Numbered from the stretch's first letter, positions 20,513-31,550 are shown. The stretch is DNA of 64,000 bases from Promethearchaeia archaeon (GCA_029856155.1 JAHQWL010000070.1:61368-125367), one strand, 5' to 3'. A program made the numbers and translations. The notes: generated from the sequence alone by a model not told the origin.

Positions 20513-21754
20513 ATGGTGAAAAATTCAAATTCAGTCTTAGTTGTTGGATTTAATATACGATCATTAGCTTATTCCTTAAAGAAAGCGGGATATAACGTGT
20601 ATGCTGTAGATTTCTTTGGTGATTTAGATCTTTATCCATATGTAGAAGATTCTATTATCGTTGTAAAAGAATTAAGTGCTAATTATAACACAATGAAAGA
20701 TACGTATGGTAAATTTCTAGTTGATTTTACGATAAGTTTACACCGTAAACATCGAGATATAAAGTTTTTATTGATTGGGAGTGGCTTAGATGATGAATAT
20801 AACGGAAGAAAATTGATATTTGATGAGATTAAGAATTTTAATACGATTAGTGTCAATAATAGATTAAAAACGATAGAGAAATCAAGAGATATTGAATATT
20901 TGTTTCATTATCTGAAATCTCAAGGTTATAAAGTGCCAAAGTATTACTCTTTTGAAAAATTTGAATTAAAAAGTAATACTTTGGACTATCCCTTTGTTTT
21001 TAAAAAAAAAAGAAGTGCTGGTGGTACGAACGTTTATAAAATTAAGGATAAAGCGAACTTAATTTCTCAAATAGAAATTTTGGAAAATAAGTTGTTTACA
21101 TCATCAGAATGGTTAGTTCAAGAATACGTTGAAGGAATTCCTATTAGTTGCACAGTGATTTCAGATGGAAATGAGTGTGAAGTAATTACTATTAATCGTC
21201 AAATTATCGGAGAAAAGTTTCTTAATGCTCCTAAGGATTTTATGTATTGTGGCAATATCGTTCCTGCTGGATTATCAGCTGATGAAGAAAAAATCATATC
21301 CGAGATTTCATTAATTTTAACAAAAGAATTAGGTCTAAAAGGAATTAATGGATTTGATTTTGTTTTAAAAGATAAATATCCTTATTTAATGGAATGTAAT
21401 CCAAGAATTCCTGGCTCAATTAGAGCTTCAGAATCTATTCTGAATTTGAACCTCTTAGATCTACATATAAGATGCTTTATAAACAACAAATGGGATAATA
21501 TTAAAAAATTGATTAAATCTGCGATACCTAAAAATTTTGCAACAAAATTGGTATTTTTTGCTCCAAAAAATATAGAAAAGAGTATTTTAACAAAAATAAA
21601 TAATCTTGAATTTGTACATGATAAAACCGAACTAACTAAAGATGTTTTAAGAGGTGAACCTTTATGTACGGTCTTATATGTAGCTAAAAACTACTCTAAA
21701 TCTTTTAATGGAGCGAAAAAGATCATAAACAGAATTAAGAGAATTATTGGATAA
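20513..21754 (+). CDS. ATP-grasp domain protein
   Basis: VDFFGDLD, SAGGTNV, QEYVEGIPIS, GINGFDF, ECNPRIPG. Confidence 0.85.
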   Translation: MVKNSNSVLVVGFNIRSLAYSLKKAGYNVYAVDFFGDLDLYPYVEDSIIVVKELSANYNTMKDTYGKFLVDFTISLHRKHRDIKFLLIGSGLDDEYNGRKLIFDEIKNFNTISVNNRLKTIEKSRDIEYLFHYLKSQGYKVPKYYSFEKFELKSNTLDYPFVFKKKRSAGGTNVYKIKDKANLISQIEILENKLFTSSEWLVQEYVEGIPISCTVISDGNECEVITINRQIIGEKFLNAPKDFMYCGNIVPAGLSADEEKIISEISLILTKELGLKGINGFDFVLKDKYPYLMECNPRIPGSIRASESILNLNLLDLHIRCFINNKWDNIKKLIKSAIPKNFATKLVFFAPKNIEKSILTKINNLEFVHDKTELTKDVLRGEPLCTVLYVAKNYSKSFNGAKKIINRIKRIIG

Positions 21755-22484
21755 TAGCCTTAATTTTAGCGATGTAAGATCCTAGTTTCCTTTCATCAGA
21801 CTCCGGAACAGCAAGAGCTAAGACTCTGTTTTCATCTAAATCATGTATTATGACGGAACCATTCTCTCCTCCAATAATACAGTACTCCATATGACTTTCT
21901 AATAATACGCCAGATAAATTATATAATGCAGCTACCATAGCTGAAAGAATTGGTTCGGGCATTGTTGATTGTATCTTAATTGGTAATCCGTCTTTAGTAA
22001 TAATTGCTAAAACGAGAGTATTTGGTATCGCTCTTTTCAAACCTTTAAATATTTCTTCTTTAAGAATATCTGATGTCTCTGCAATAGCGGTTATTTGTAG
22101 GCTTAATTTTTGTAGTCTATTTATAAATGAATCTAATCCTTCAAGTTCAGCTAATTCTCGATTTAAATAAGTAATCATAGTAATATTTTCTGTTAAAATT
22201 GAAAGGACAATTTTTTCCTTAGAAAAAATTAAATTATAAGAAACGTCTTGATTTAATGAATCTCTTAACATTTTAGATGAAAGGAATACAAGTGAGCTAT
22301 TTGCTGCTGTAATTTCACCCGTTGTCATTTTAATTTCTTCTTTTTTGAATTTGCTTGCTATTTTTGTTCCCTCGGCGGTTCCAACATTGATACCCAGAAT
22401 AGCTGGTGCTGAATCAAGCTCTTTTTCTATTAGTTCAGATACATCTGATTCTAATTCTTCGATTATTTTTTCTTGCTTTTCCAT
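21744..22484 (-). CDS. Tandem Roadblock/LC7 (MglB/LAMTOR-like) domain protein
   Basis: Two alpha-beta-beta-alpha-beta-beta-beta-alpha units (GTAEGTKIAS; AIITKDGLPI...SAMVAAL...GENGSVII). Confidence 0.75.
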   Translation of the reverse strand: MEKQEKIIEELESDVSELIEKELDSAPAILGINVGTAEGTKIASKFKKEEIKMTTGEITAANSSLVFLSSKMLRDSLNQDVSYNLIFSKEKIVLSILTENITMITYLNRELAELEGLDSFINRLQKLSLQITAIAETSDILKEEIFKGLKRAIPNTLVLAIITKDGLPIKIQSTMPEPILSAMVAALYNLSGVLLESHMEYCIIGGENGSVIIHDLDENRVLALAVPESDERKLGSYIAKIKAIIQ

Positions 22485-22745
22485 GGAAGAATATTGTATA
22501 TCTGAAAATAAAAAGATATTCTAATTATTTAATAATAATAATAAAAAAATATGAATTAGTACCCCTAGAATGCTTAAAAAATGAAGATGAAATCAAGTAT
22601 TTATATAATTAAATTAACAGATGATTATAGTACAAGATAAAGACCACTTTCTTATCGAATTATAAAAGAATTAGTAATAATAACTTTTTAAATTTTAATC
22701 ATTATAGTAAAAATTATAAATAAATAATATTGTGATCTTGTTATA

Positions 22746-23546
22746 ATGGATTACGAAATAAAAAAACAATTAGAGACTAAGGATAATCTTATAAAATTAA
22801 AAGATGAACAAGTAAAAACTCTTGAAAATTCTTTACAGTTAAAAGATGAGCAAATCAAAACTCTTGAGAAGACAATAAAAACTAAGGACGAAGAAACTAA
22901 AACTTTAGAAAAAACTGTCGCATTAAAAGAAGAAGAAATTAAAAAATTAAGTTCTTCTGCCATTGATCCAAATTTTTTAAAAGATAAAGATGATACAATT
23001 ATTCAGCTTCAGAAAGAGATTGAAATATTAAATGATGAATTAGCTAAAGCGGATGAAGATTTAGAAGGTTTAGAATTAGAAAATGAGAAACTAAAAAATG
23101 CTCAAACTAGTTCTAAAGAAGTAAAAATCATAGATTTTACAAATACTCAGATTAAAAAATCTGAAATTCTAGAAAAAATGAAAACTTTGTTAGAAAATGC
23201 TATAGCGAATGTTACCATTGTTGTTCCTAGTATTGAAGATTTGCAGGAACTCTGTTTATATGAACTTAGATCTTCTGTTAGTATGAAGATTGCTTGTTCA
23301 ATTAATCCCGGAATTGAGGAGCATAATGAACTTCTGGAAGAATTTGAAAGTTTAGATAACATTTCCCTTAGAAATTACGAAAGAAAAGATAGATATGTCA
23401 TAACTAGGGATGGAGAGGAATTACTTTTTGCTGCAATTGGTAACTCTGATGAGAATAATCTCGTATTCCATACAAGAGACCCAAAACATATCACTTTATT
23501 CAGTTCTTTAGCCACTGATGGCTGGATCCAGAGTAGAAAAGTATAG
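22746..23546 (+). CDS. Coiled-coil protein with 14-aa repeats and a TrmB/PLD-like C-terminal domain
   Basis: LKDEQVKTLENSLQ / LKDEQIKTLEKTIK / TKDEETKTLEKTVA repeats; VTIVVP...ITRDGEELLFA. Confidence 0.65.
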   Translation: MDYEIKKQLETKDNLIKLKDEQVKTLENSLQLKDEQIKTLEKTIKTKDEETKTLEKTVALKEEEIKKLSSSAIDPNFLKDKDDTIIQLQKEIEILNDELAKADEDLEGLELENEKLKNAQTSSKEVKIIDFTNTQIKKSEILEKMKTLLENAIANVTIVVPSIEDLQELCLYELRSSVSMKIACSINPGIEEHNELLEEFESLDNISLRNYERKDRYVITRDGEELLFAAIGNSDENNLVFHTRDPKHITLFSSLATDGWIQSRKV

Positions 23547-23549
23547 AAT

Positions 23550-24278
23550 TTAGAAGATCGGGCACTTCTCTTTTACACATTTATCATTAATGTGTGAAAA
23601 ACAACACCTTTGAAAGGTGTAACTTAAATCTATATTAAACTTTTCTTTTAAGAATTTTAAGGTTTCGATGATTGATAATCGAACGGACCTTTTACAACAA
23701 TGTTCTAAATTATCGGCAATTTTATTTAATGATCGAGATGTTATTTGATTTGCTAATGTCCTTGGAAAATCTGTAGATGGTGTTGCTCCTGTAAAAATAC
23801 TAATTGCTACACCCGAACCCATTCCAGCACCACACGAACCGTAAAAACCACACCACCCTCCTGGAATTTTAGAGGCTCTTCGTATTGCTTCTTTAATATC
23901 AAATAAATTTATCTCGTTTCCATCAGGTTTTTTTATATTGTTGTTTTTAAGAGCTGTTAAAATAACTGCGGGGGTTAAGACATGATGCTCTGGACCATAA
24001 AATTTGAATTTAGGATGCTTCATAATTAAGTCCGCTAATTCAAATGGATTTTTAATCTTTGTTTCCTCACAAATTCTTTCAATAATTTCAATAGGGCCTT
24101 TGGAATGACAAGCATCGCAAATGTAATGCCCTTCTTCACAATAAATATTAGAATTAAATATATATCCACAAAATTCACATTCAAGTTTTCTATAGTCTTC
24201 CTGTTTTGTTCCATAAATTAAACTTTTATGGCAAATCTCACACTTATCACTTTTTTTTTCAGACATTAATAATCGCAA
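23550..24278 (-). CDS. DUF5714-type Cys-rich protein
   Basis: CEEGHYICDACH, GPEHH, PGGWCGFYGSCG, CCKR. Confidence 0.82.
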   Translation of the reverse strand: MRLLMSEKKSDKCEICHKSLIYGTKQEDYRKLECEFCGYIFNSNIYCEEGHYICDACHSKGPIEIIERICEETKIKNPFELADLIMKHPKFKFYGPEHHVLTPAVILTALKNNNIKKPDGNEINLFDIKEAIRRASKIPGGWCGFYGSCGAGMGSGVAISIFTGATPSTDFPRTLANQITSRSLNKIADNLEHCCKRSVRLSIIETLKFLKEKFNIDLSYTFQRCCFSHINDKCVKEKCPIF

Positions 24279-24287
24279 CCTTAATTT

Positions 24288-25151
24288 TTACGTTATTTCT
24301 ATAAATGCTCTTTTTCTTTTGTAAAAATGAGCTAACTTAGTATAACCTATCTTGCTTACCAATTTTATTATTTTATTAAATTTATAACCTAAATCATTAG
24401 GATGATGAGCATCTGACCCTAAGAGAATTGGAATATCTAATTCATACATTTTTTCAATAATTTCAAAACTAGGGTATTGTTCTTTTATTTCTTTTCTTAA
24501 TCCCCCTGTATTAATTTCAATTGTTAAATCTCTCCTTTTAATAAGCTCAAGAGTTTTAATTACTTCATTCATAACCAATTCTTTGTCTATTGCTCTTTTT
24601 TTATATTTTTTTGGTAAATCAAAATGACTTACAACGTCAAAGTCAAATTCTTCTGAGTTGATCATATCCTGTAATTTATGATAATATTCCAGGTAGATAT
24701 TATCAATACTTTCGTATTCTTTATACATACTTAAAAATCTTCTATCATCAACAGCAAATAATTTTGATTTTCCATGTAATATATGAACAGAACCTAAGAT
24801 ATAATCTAAATTATTCAATCTATTCTTAATCTGTAAATTTAAAAAACTCTCTTGACTTTTAAAATAATCGACCTCAAATGCTACTCTTAATTGAATTTTA
24901 TTTTTATATATCTCCTTTAATTTTTGTATAGAGGAGAGGTATAAATCAACTTCATTTAAGCTCATAGCATATTCTTGATATGGAACTTCTTCTATTAAGA
25001 TAGAACTGCTCTTAAGATATTCATATGGGAAATGATCACTAATTCCAATAAGATCTAACTTCTTATCGATTGCTTTTTTAATATAATCCTCAATCGAGCC
25101 AACTGCGTGATGGCACATTTGATTGTGAGTATGATAATCTTCTAAAACCAT
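24288..25151 (-). CDS. PHP-family histidinol-phosphatase (HisJ/HisK type)
   Basis: DYHTH, ISDH, GSVH, HFDLPK, EINTGG, GSDAHHP. Confidence 0.88.
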   Translation of the reverse strand: MVLEDYHTHNQMCHHAVGSIEDYIKKAIDKKLDLIGISDHFPYEYLKSSSILIEEVPYQEYAMSLNEVDLYLSSIQKLKEIYKNKIQLRVAFEVDYFKSQESFLNLQIKNRLNNLDYILGSVHILHGKSKLFAVDDRRFLSMYKEYESIDNIYLEYYHKLQDMINSEEFDFDVVSHFDLPKKYKKRAIDKELVMNEVIKTLELIKRRDLTIEINTGGLRKEIKEQYPSFEIIEKMYELDIPILLGSDAHHPNDLGYKFNKIIKLVSKIGYTKLAHFYKRKRAFIEIT

Positions 25152-25217
25152 CTTGTATTTATTAAATAATATAAATTAGATAAAATTAATCATAACTAAA
25201 TATAAGCTGATTAGTTT

Positions 25218-26027
25218 TTGGAATTTAAAAACAAAATATTTGACGGTGAATATGAAGTATCTGAAGTTCAAATTAATAATGAAGGGCAAATCTTTCGAGG
25301 ATTATTATATTTTCCCGCAGAAAGATTTAAAAAACCTTATCCATTAGTGATATATTTCCATGGATTTCCAGAGTTATTCACATTAACAGAGATTGTAAGA
25401 AAGTATAAATATATTTTAGATTTGGGTTATTCCCTTCTTATTTTTAATTTTCGAGGATATCGAATTAGTGAGGGCTCCATTTCAATTGGTTCTCAAATCT
25501 CTGATAGTTTAAAAATGCTTGAATTCGTAGAAATAATGGCAAAAAACAAAATTTTCAATGTTAATAATATTAATATATTAGGTTATGATTTTGGAGCATA
25601 TATAGCTTTAATGCTATGTTCTAGAATTAACACTATAAATAAATTGATAATTGTCAGTCCGATTCTAGATTTAAAAAAACATGTTAATAGCATAGACTTT
25701 CCGAGAGCATTGAGTTATATTAATAGATTTCTTCCAGGTTATATCAGAGGAATTGAAAATATTGAAAAATTTATTGAAACTACAAAAGAAGAGTTAAATA
25801 ATGATCAATTTCAGATAGAGAAATTTATAAATCAGTTGAAGATAAAAAAGTTAAAAATAGTTATCGGAGAAATTGATAATCTCACACCAATTTCAGAAGT
25901 TAAAAAGGTCTTTCAAAAAACAAATGTTAGATATGAACTTTCAATCATTGACAACATGGATCATGAATGTGGGGATGAGGCGGAATTAGAAAACTTGAAT
26001 AAAGAGATATTGAAATATTATATATAA
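25218..26027 (+). CDS. Alpha/beta-hydrolase with Asp at the nucleophile elbow
   Basis: HGFP oxyanion motif, GYDFGA elbow, GEID acid, MDH His. Confidence 0.8.
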   Translation: MEFKNKIFDGEYEVSEVQINNEGQIFRGLLYFPAERFKKPYPLVIYFHGFPELFTLTEIVRKYKYILDLGYSLLIFNFRGYRISEGSISIGSQISDSLKMLEFVEIMAKNKIFNVNNINILGYDFGAYIALMLCSRINTINKLIIVSPILDLKKHVNSIDFPRALSYINRFLPGYIRGIENIEKFIETTKEELNNDQFQIEKFINQLKIKKLKIVIGEIDNLTPISEVKKVFQKTNVRYELSIIDNMDHECGDEAELENLNKEILKYYI

Positions 26028-26039
26028 ACACATATTCTT

Positions 26040-26546
26040 TTGAGGGAATTAAATTTGACGAAATATCATATGAGAAAAGTTGAAAAAGAAATCAAAAATA
26101 AGAAAAACTTAATAGAAATATTAAGGGGTGGAAAGTTTACAACCATTTCAATGTGCAAGGAAAATGAACCCTATATAATAACATTAAGTTATGGTTATGA
26201 CGAATCTAAACATGCTCTATATTTTCATTGCGCAAAAGAAGGGCAAAAAATTGATTTTATACAAGCTAATCCTTATGTGTGTGGTACTATTATAGAAGAT
26301 AATGGTTATAAAGATGGATGTGGACAGACATTCCGATCTATTATATTTAGGGGTAAGATAGTGATTATTGAAGAATTAGAGGAAAAAAAATATGGATTCG
26401 ACATTCTCATAAATCAGTTAGAAACCGATCCCATTGCCATTAAAAATAAATTCCTCAAACAAGATATAACTTATGAAAATTGTGGTATTTTAAGATTAGA
26501 CTTAACCGATATTTCTGGTAAAGAAGAAAAAATAGATTCTGAATAA
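26040..26546 (+). CDS. Pyridoxamine 5'-phosphate oxidase family (NimA-like) flavin-binding protein
   Basis: EPYIITLSYG, LYFHCAKEGQK, NPYVC, FRSIIFRG. Confidence 0.88.
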   Translation: MRELNLTKYHMRKVEKEIKNKKNLIEILRGGKFTTISMCKENEPYIITLSYGYDESKHALYFHCAKEGQKIDFIQANPYVCGTIIEDNGYKDGCGQTFRSIIFRGKIVIIEELEEKKYGFDILINQLETDPIAIKNKFLKQDITYENCGILRLDLTDISGKEEKIDSE

Positions 26547-26559
26547 TATAATTTGAACT

Positions 26560-27345
26560 TTAAAATTTTATTGATTTAAAAACAGTTTGCCAGCAATATT
26601 GTCTAAAAAAATTGATTTTGTATAAAGGAAATTCAATAAATTGAAGAAATTTATATAGAACACTGTAAATTCTTGGTTTTTTGAAAAAAATTTTAAAAAG
26701 CATGGTTGATGGAGAAATAATATAATATTCAGCATGCTTGATATTACCAAATATCTTTTTTGCATTCATAACCTCTGATAATAATAAAGGATGTTCATGT
26801 TTTGTCCTTTTTTTTGGATTTAGATGTTTTCTATTCATTTCTACTATAGGATTTTTCTTTAGTGGTTCTATAAAGGTAATGAACCCTTTTTTTTTAAGTA
26901 ATCGTTTACATTCTCGGAAGAATAGTTCGATATCTGGTAAGTGATGAAGAATTCTTGAACCTACTATAATATCAAATGTGTTATCTTCAAAATCTGGAAT
27001 TTGAGCGTTCATAACTCTAAAATCTACATTGAGATTTAAAAGATTCATTTGATTTTTACAGAATTTTATAAAATTTTTTGATAAGTCGATTCCTATTACA
27101 CTTGCTCCCTTTCGAGCTAAATAAAAGGAAAGATTCCCTCGACCACATCCAATATCTAATACTTTCTTTCCTTCAATATTTCCTAGCATGTTTTTTAATT
27201 TTATATTAACCTGCTTAAAGAAGTTCTCATCCTCTAAATCAAATTTTTTTCCCGGACGTAAGATCTTTTTATTATAATACTTTTCTTCATTTCTGAATAT
27301 GTGGTTAAACTTTGATAGTGTTTTCTTTTTTTCTTGATCATCCAT
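26560..27345 (-). CDS. Class I SAM-dependent methyltransferase
   Basis: VLDIGCGRG, GIDLS, FDIIVG..ILHH. Confidence 0.9.
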   Translation of the reverse strand: MDDQEKKKTLSKFNHIFRNEEKYYNKKILRPGKKFDLEDENFFKQVNIKLKNMLGNIEGKKVLDIGCGRGNLSFYLARKGASVIGIDLSKNFIKFCKNQMNLLNLNVDFRVMNAQIPDFEDNTFDIIVGSRILHHLPDIELFFRECKRLLKKKGFITFIEPLKKNPIVEMNRKHLNPKKRTKHEHPLLLSEVMNAKKIFGNIKHAEYYIISPSTMLFKIFFKKPRIYSVLYKFLQFIEFPLYKINFFRQYCWQTVFKSIKF

Positions 27346-27448
27346 GAATATCGAATCTTACAGTATCTTAATAGTAATATTTAATTCTTTAAAATAAATA
27401 TATTGAAATGTTATTGAATGCGATCACTAAAAACGTCGATAAAAATAT

Positions 27449-28810
27449 ATGATTAAAAAGTATCAAGAAATATATGATATAGATATTGAGGAAGCAGAAT
27501 TTTTTTTAGAATTAGAAAAGACGCAAACTGAAGCTAAAAGGATTGAAGGTTCGAAAATAGGGTACTTTAAAAAGTTTCAAGCCAATAATATGGATGTATT
27601 CAATAATGATGACTATTATGGTTATGTAAAAGAAGAATCACATATTATTGCATTAGATTTGAGTCGATGGGAAATAAAAGAACTTCCAGAATCTATTGGA
27701 AAACTGTCAAAACTGCAATATTTAAGTTTAGCAAATCTTGAATTGGAAAGTTTACCTGAATCCATTAAATATCTCTCTCACCTTAAATATTTTAATTTAG
27801 GGGGAAATAAGATTAGTACTCTACCAAATTGGTTGATAGATTTTATTGAAAGTAAATTCTCACAAAATTATATAAATAAGGGAGTAAATTCTACAGAAGT
27901 AAAAGTACTAGGTATATTAGAAGTTCTCAAAGGAAATAGATTGGAGAAAGTAAGCATAGATAGTGATGTAATTCACTGGGAGTATGCTTTAAATTATAAG
28001 ATTAACAAAGAAGGACATATTATAGGGATTTATATAAATGATGAGAAAAGCGGAGTTGCAATCTTCCCAGAAATAATATGTACTCTTAGATATCTCCAAG
28101 AATTAGTTTTATCACAATCGTCAATCGAATTCTTGCCAAATTGTATTGGTGAACTTCATAATCTCAGATATTTGGATCTATCATTTAACAGAATTAACTG
28201 TATCCCAGAGTCAATAAATGAATTAGTAAATTTAGAGTATTTGGATCTAAATGATAATAATCTCTCTGAAGAAGTGTTATCATTTCTAAACTGGAACAAA
28301 AATGGGCAAAATTCTCTTGATAAAGGTGATTATAATAGTGTAATTCAAGAATGCAACAATACATTAAAAATATATCCTAAGAATAAAAGTGCTTGGTTCA
28401 ACCTAGGAATCGCTTATAAAGAGGAAGGGGAATATTCTAAAGCTGAAAATGCACTTAAACAATTTTTAGAAATCGATCCGCAGGCTTCAGTTGTATGGAG
28501 TAATCTAAGTGATATTTATTATCAAAAGGGAGATTATACTAACGCTATTGTTGCAATAAAGCGAGCATTAAAAACTGAACCGAATGTTGCATTTTTATGG
28601 AGTAACCTTGGTTTTAATTTTAAGAAATTGGGAAAATATGATAAAGCTATTGGTGCCTATTTACACTCACTCGGTATAAATCCAAAAAATAAAAATGTAT
28701 GGAAAGATCTAGCTTCAATATATCGCTACAAAGGTGACTACATGAAAGCAATTGAAGCTGATGAACATGCTTTAGAAATTGAATTAAACTCAAACGATGA
28801 GGACGAATAA
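27449..28810 (+). CDS. Leucine-rich-repeat plus TPR protein
   Basis: LPESIGKLSKLQYLSL-type LRRs in two blocks; about 4-5 TPRs (AWFNLGIAY, VWSNLS, LWSNLG, VWKDLA). Confidence 0.9.
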   Translation: MIKKYQEIYDIDIEEAEFFLELEKTQTEAKRIEGSKIGYFKKFQANNMDVFNNDDYYGYVKEESHIIALDLSRWEIKELPESIGKLSKLQYLSLANLELESLPESIKYLSHLKYFNLGGNKISTLPNWLIDFIESKFSQNYINKGVNSTEVKVLGILEVLKGNRLEKVSIDSDVIHWEYALNYKINKEGHIIGIYINDEKSGVAIFPEIICTLRYLQELVLSQSSIEFLPNCIGELHNLRYLDLSFNRINCIPESINELVNLEYLDLNDNNLSEEVLSFLNWNKNGQNSLDKGDYNSVIQECNNTLKIYPKNKSAWFNLGIAYKEEGEYSKAENALKQFLEIDPQASVVWSNLSDIYYQKGDYTNAIVAIKRALKTEPNVAFLWSNLGFNFKKLGKYDKAIGAYLHSLGINPKNKNVWKDLASIYRYKGDYMKAIEADEHALEIELNSNDEDE

Positions 28811-28817
28811 AGAAAAA

Positions 28818-29468
28818 CTAATCTAAGTATTGACTAATGTATCGTTGAACTTCGCTCGCAGGTTGAAAAATCCCAAAATGCCCCTCACATAGGATATCAG
28901 CGTTAAGATCTAAGAGTTTTTTTAACGAATTTTGATAATCATCATAATTACTTACTCCAGGAATAATAGGTCCATGCAAATCTTGCCCAAATAGAATTTT
29001 CTTATTATCCTCAGTTTCAGTCAATATTGAAATAGAGCCGGGAGTATGGCCCGGAGTATGAATGCATTGAAAATCATAGATTCCAAAACTTAAAATTTCA
29101 GAATTTCCTTTCAATCTTTTTGTGAGTTTAACAGGTTGATATCTTACACCATACCACATAGCTGCTGTTTCTCTATCATGGCCTTTCTCTTCTATTGCGT
29201 TTGCATCAAATTCATGAGCGTAATAATTCACATTTTTATTAAATTGTTTCAAATCATAACAAGCACCGATATGGTCTATATGGAAATGGGTTATAATGCA
29301 ATGTCTTATGTCCAATGGATTCAAATTAACTTTATTGATCTTCTTTATCATTTCAAGACTCATTCCACAATCTATTAAAACAAGACCTTCCTCACTATGA
29401 GTATTTACTAAATATACTGAACAACCAGAATCTCCGATATGATAAAAATCCTTAGTTATTTCTTTCAA
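28818..29468 (-). CDS. MBL-fold metallo-hydrolase (glyoxalase II-like)
   Basis: THFHIDH, HTPGHTPGS, CEGH. Confidence 0.88.
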   Translation of the reverse strand: MKEITKDFYHIGDSGCSVYLVNTHSEEGLVLIDCGMSLEMIKKINKVNLNPLDIRHCIITHFHIDHIGACYDLKQFNKNVNYYAHEFDANAIEEKGHDRETAAMWYGVRYQPVKLTKRLKGNSEILSFGIYDFQCIHTPGHTPGSISILTETEDNKKILFGQDLHGPIIPGVSNYDDYQNSLKKLLDLNADILCEGHFGIFQPASEVQRYISQYLD

Positions 29469-29595
29469 ATTTTATTCTCCTTATTACTATTAATCAATCA
29501 TTATGATTAATTATTTAAAAAATAATAGTTTTGTATAAATCCAGATTTAAATGATATTATTTTTAAAAAACCTTTTAATTAAATTTCATTTAAGA

Positions 29596-30393
29596 TTAGG
29601 ATCTTTTGATATAAAGTTTTTTGTAGAGCAGAATTGTAATAACTGCTGCCAACATTGTTGAAAATAAAACGTCTGAAGTATAATGAGCTCCAATGACAAT
29701 GCGAGATAAACCAACAAATAGTCCCCATCCAAAAATTAAGATATAGAATAAAATCTTAACAATATCCGTATTCTTTCGATCTTTTACTACAATTAATAAA
29801 GGTAAAAACATCCATCCCATTGCGGTATGACCGCTAGGAAAACTCTGGTTTCCAGTTATCCCTTGCGGCAAAAACCAAGGAGTATAATCTATAAAACCAG
29901 GAGCAAGGTCTCTAAATCGAACTCTTCCCCATAAAAGCTTGCTTATTTGTACAAATACTAGTGGATTGATAATTGCTAACAGCAAAATTATTCCTGCTAA
30001 AGTTCTGTAGTTCTTCCAATCTTTATTCCATGTGATAATTACATAAAATATCAATGGAATAATTAAACCCCATCCTGTATAAAAGTCTGTCTCATCATTA
30101 GCAAATATAATGAAAAGGATTCCAACAATTACGGATATATAAGCAGGGATTTTTTGCAAATTTAAATTCTTATTAAAACTCCCTAAGTAAGTTGCTAGCG
30201 CTATTGCTATTAATGCATATCCAGGAACTTCTCCATAATCTCTTCCAAAGATACCCCACGCTGAATTTTCATCTACAACTGCTTTTGATATCTCTAAATC
30301 AGTAAAACCAAAAACTAAAGCAAGTATCACCCATACTATTATAAGAATGAGTAATAATTTTGATGTAAATGATTTTTTCAACTTTTCAAGCAT
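29596..30393 (-). CDS. PAP2-family membrane phosphatase
   Basis: KLLWGRVR, SFPSGHT, SRIVIGAHYTSDV. Confidence 0.9.
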   Translation of the reverse strand: MLEKLKKSFTSKLLLILIIVWVILALVFGFTDLEISKAVVDENSAWGIFGRDYGEVPGYALIAIALATYLGSFNKNLNLQKIPAYISVIVGILFIIFANDETDFYTGWGLIIPLIFYVIITWNKDWKNYRTLAGIILLLAIINPLVFVQISKLLWGRVRFRDLAPGFIDYTPWFLPQGITGNQSFPSGHTAMGWMFLPLLIVVKDRKNTDIVKILFYILIFGWGLFVGLSRIVIGAHYTSDVLFSTMLAAVITILLYKKLYIKRS

Positions 30394-30677
30394 TCTTATA
30401 CCCTTGTAGAGTTAATCGAATCAAAATTAATAAATAGAGAACTTTTTACTAATAATCCTAATTAACTCTTTTTTTATTTAAAATATTCCATTTTAAAAGT
30501 AAAGGGTACGTCTAGATAATCTGTGTAAATTGCTTTTACTCGTAGATTATGATAGTTTAAATCTATAACTCTCTTCCCACCCATTTTTGCATTGACTCCC
30601 CAAATATAACATTTGAATCATTTGTCTTATTCCCTTTTAATTAAAATGTAAAAGAGAGTTACTATACATAGCAAATT

Positions 30678-31484
30678 TTACGTGATTCTTAAAACATTAT
30701 TGAGCAAAAAATCTAGACTTTGTAAAGCATCTTTAAATGATTTATTTTCGATAATTAGATTTTTATTTTTTAAACTTGGTAATTTTAAAAATAATGATTT
30801 AATTGGAATTGTTCCCTCTTCCAAGTTTCCATGGGTATCTTTCCCAAAATTATTTGATAAGTGAATAGCAATTACAGGAAAGTCACAGATAATTGAAATA
30901 TCAACTAATAAAGCGTCGGAATTAATATAAAAGGTATTTAAATGTCCTATATCAAGTAAAAATTGTAGAGTAGGGAATTTTTGGCTATAATATTGAAAAT
31001 CATTTATATTTTCAATCAAACCAGTTGTCATAGATTTTTGACGATTTTCAATTGCTAATGGAATTGAATAGAAATCAGATATTTTGATTAATTCTGAAAT
31101 AGTCTTAATTTGTTGTTTATGAGCTTTTTCTTTTACTAAAGACATTTGATAAAATGTATCACTAATCTTTCCTGTATGTATAACAATATAAAGAGGATTC
31201 CATTTCTTTACGAATATAATCTCCTTTCTTAATAATCTACTTGAATAATAACGCATTTTATCATCTAATGAGGCAATATTTACATCAATAAATGATAAAT
31301 GGAAAGAAAGTTGTAAATCTGATGAATAAAGTCTGTTAATAAGTTTTATTGATTTTTTCCGATGCTCTCGAAATTTAAATATTGTATTATCTAATTGAAT
31401 TTCACATAAATCGATATTTAGATCAAATATTGAATTTATTACTTTCTCAAAATCCCACTTAGCACGAATTGAAATTCCTAACAT
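30678..31484 (-). CDS. Sugar phosphate isomerase/epimerase (AP endonuclease 2 TIM barrel)
   Basis: SFHL, VIHTG, AIEN, LDIGH, IHLSNN..DTH. Confidence 0.82.
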   Translation of the reverse strand: MLGISIRAKWDFEKVINSIFDLNIDLCEIQLDNTIFKFREHRKKSIKLINRLYSSDLQLSFHLSFIDVNIASLDDKMRYYSSRLLRKEIIFVKKWNPLYIVIHTGKISDTFYQMSLVKEKAHKQQIKTISELIKISDFYSIPLAIENRQKSMTTGLIENINDFQYYSQKFPTLQFLLDIGHLNTFYINSDALLVDISIICDFPVIAIHLSNNFGKDTHGNLEEGTIPIKSLFLKLPSLKNKNLIIENKSFKDALQSLDFLLNNVLRIT

Positions 31485-31550
31485 ATTAACATATAAACTA
31501 TTAAATCCTAAAAAATTTTAGGGATTAAAATTAATAAATAATAGATATAA

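Noticed and set aside
30394-30677. Possible gene remnant between the PAP2 and epimerase genes
   Set aside because: Only short interrupted frames with no recognisable motif
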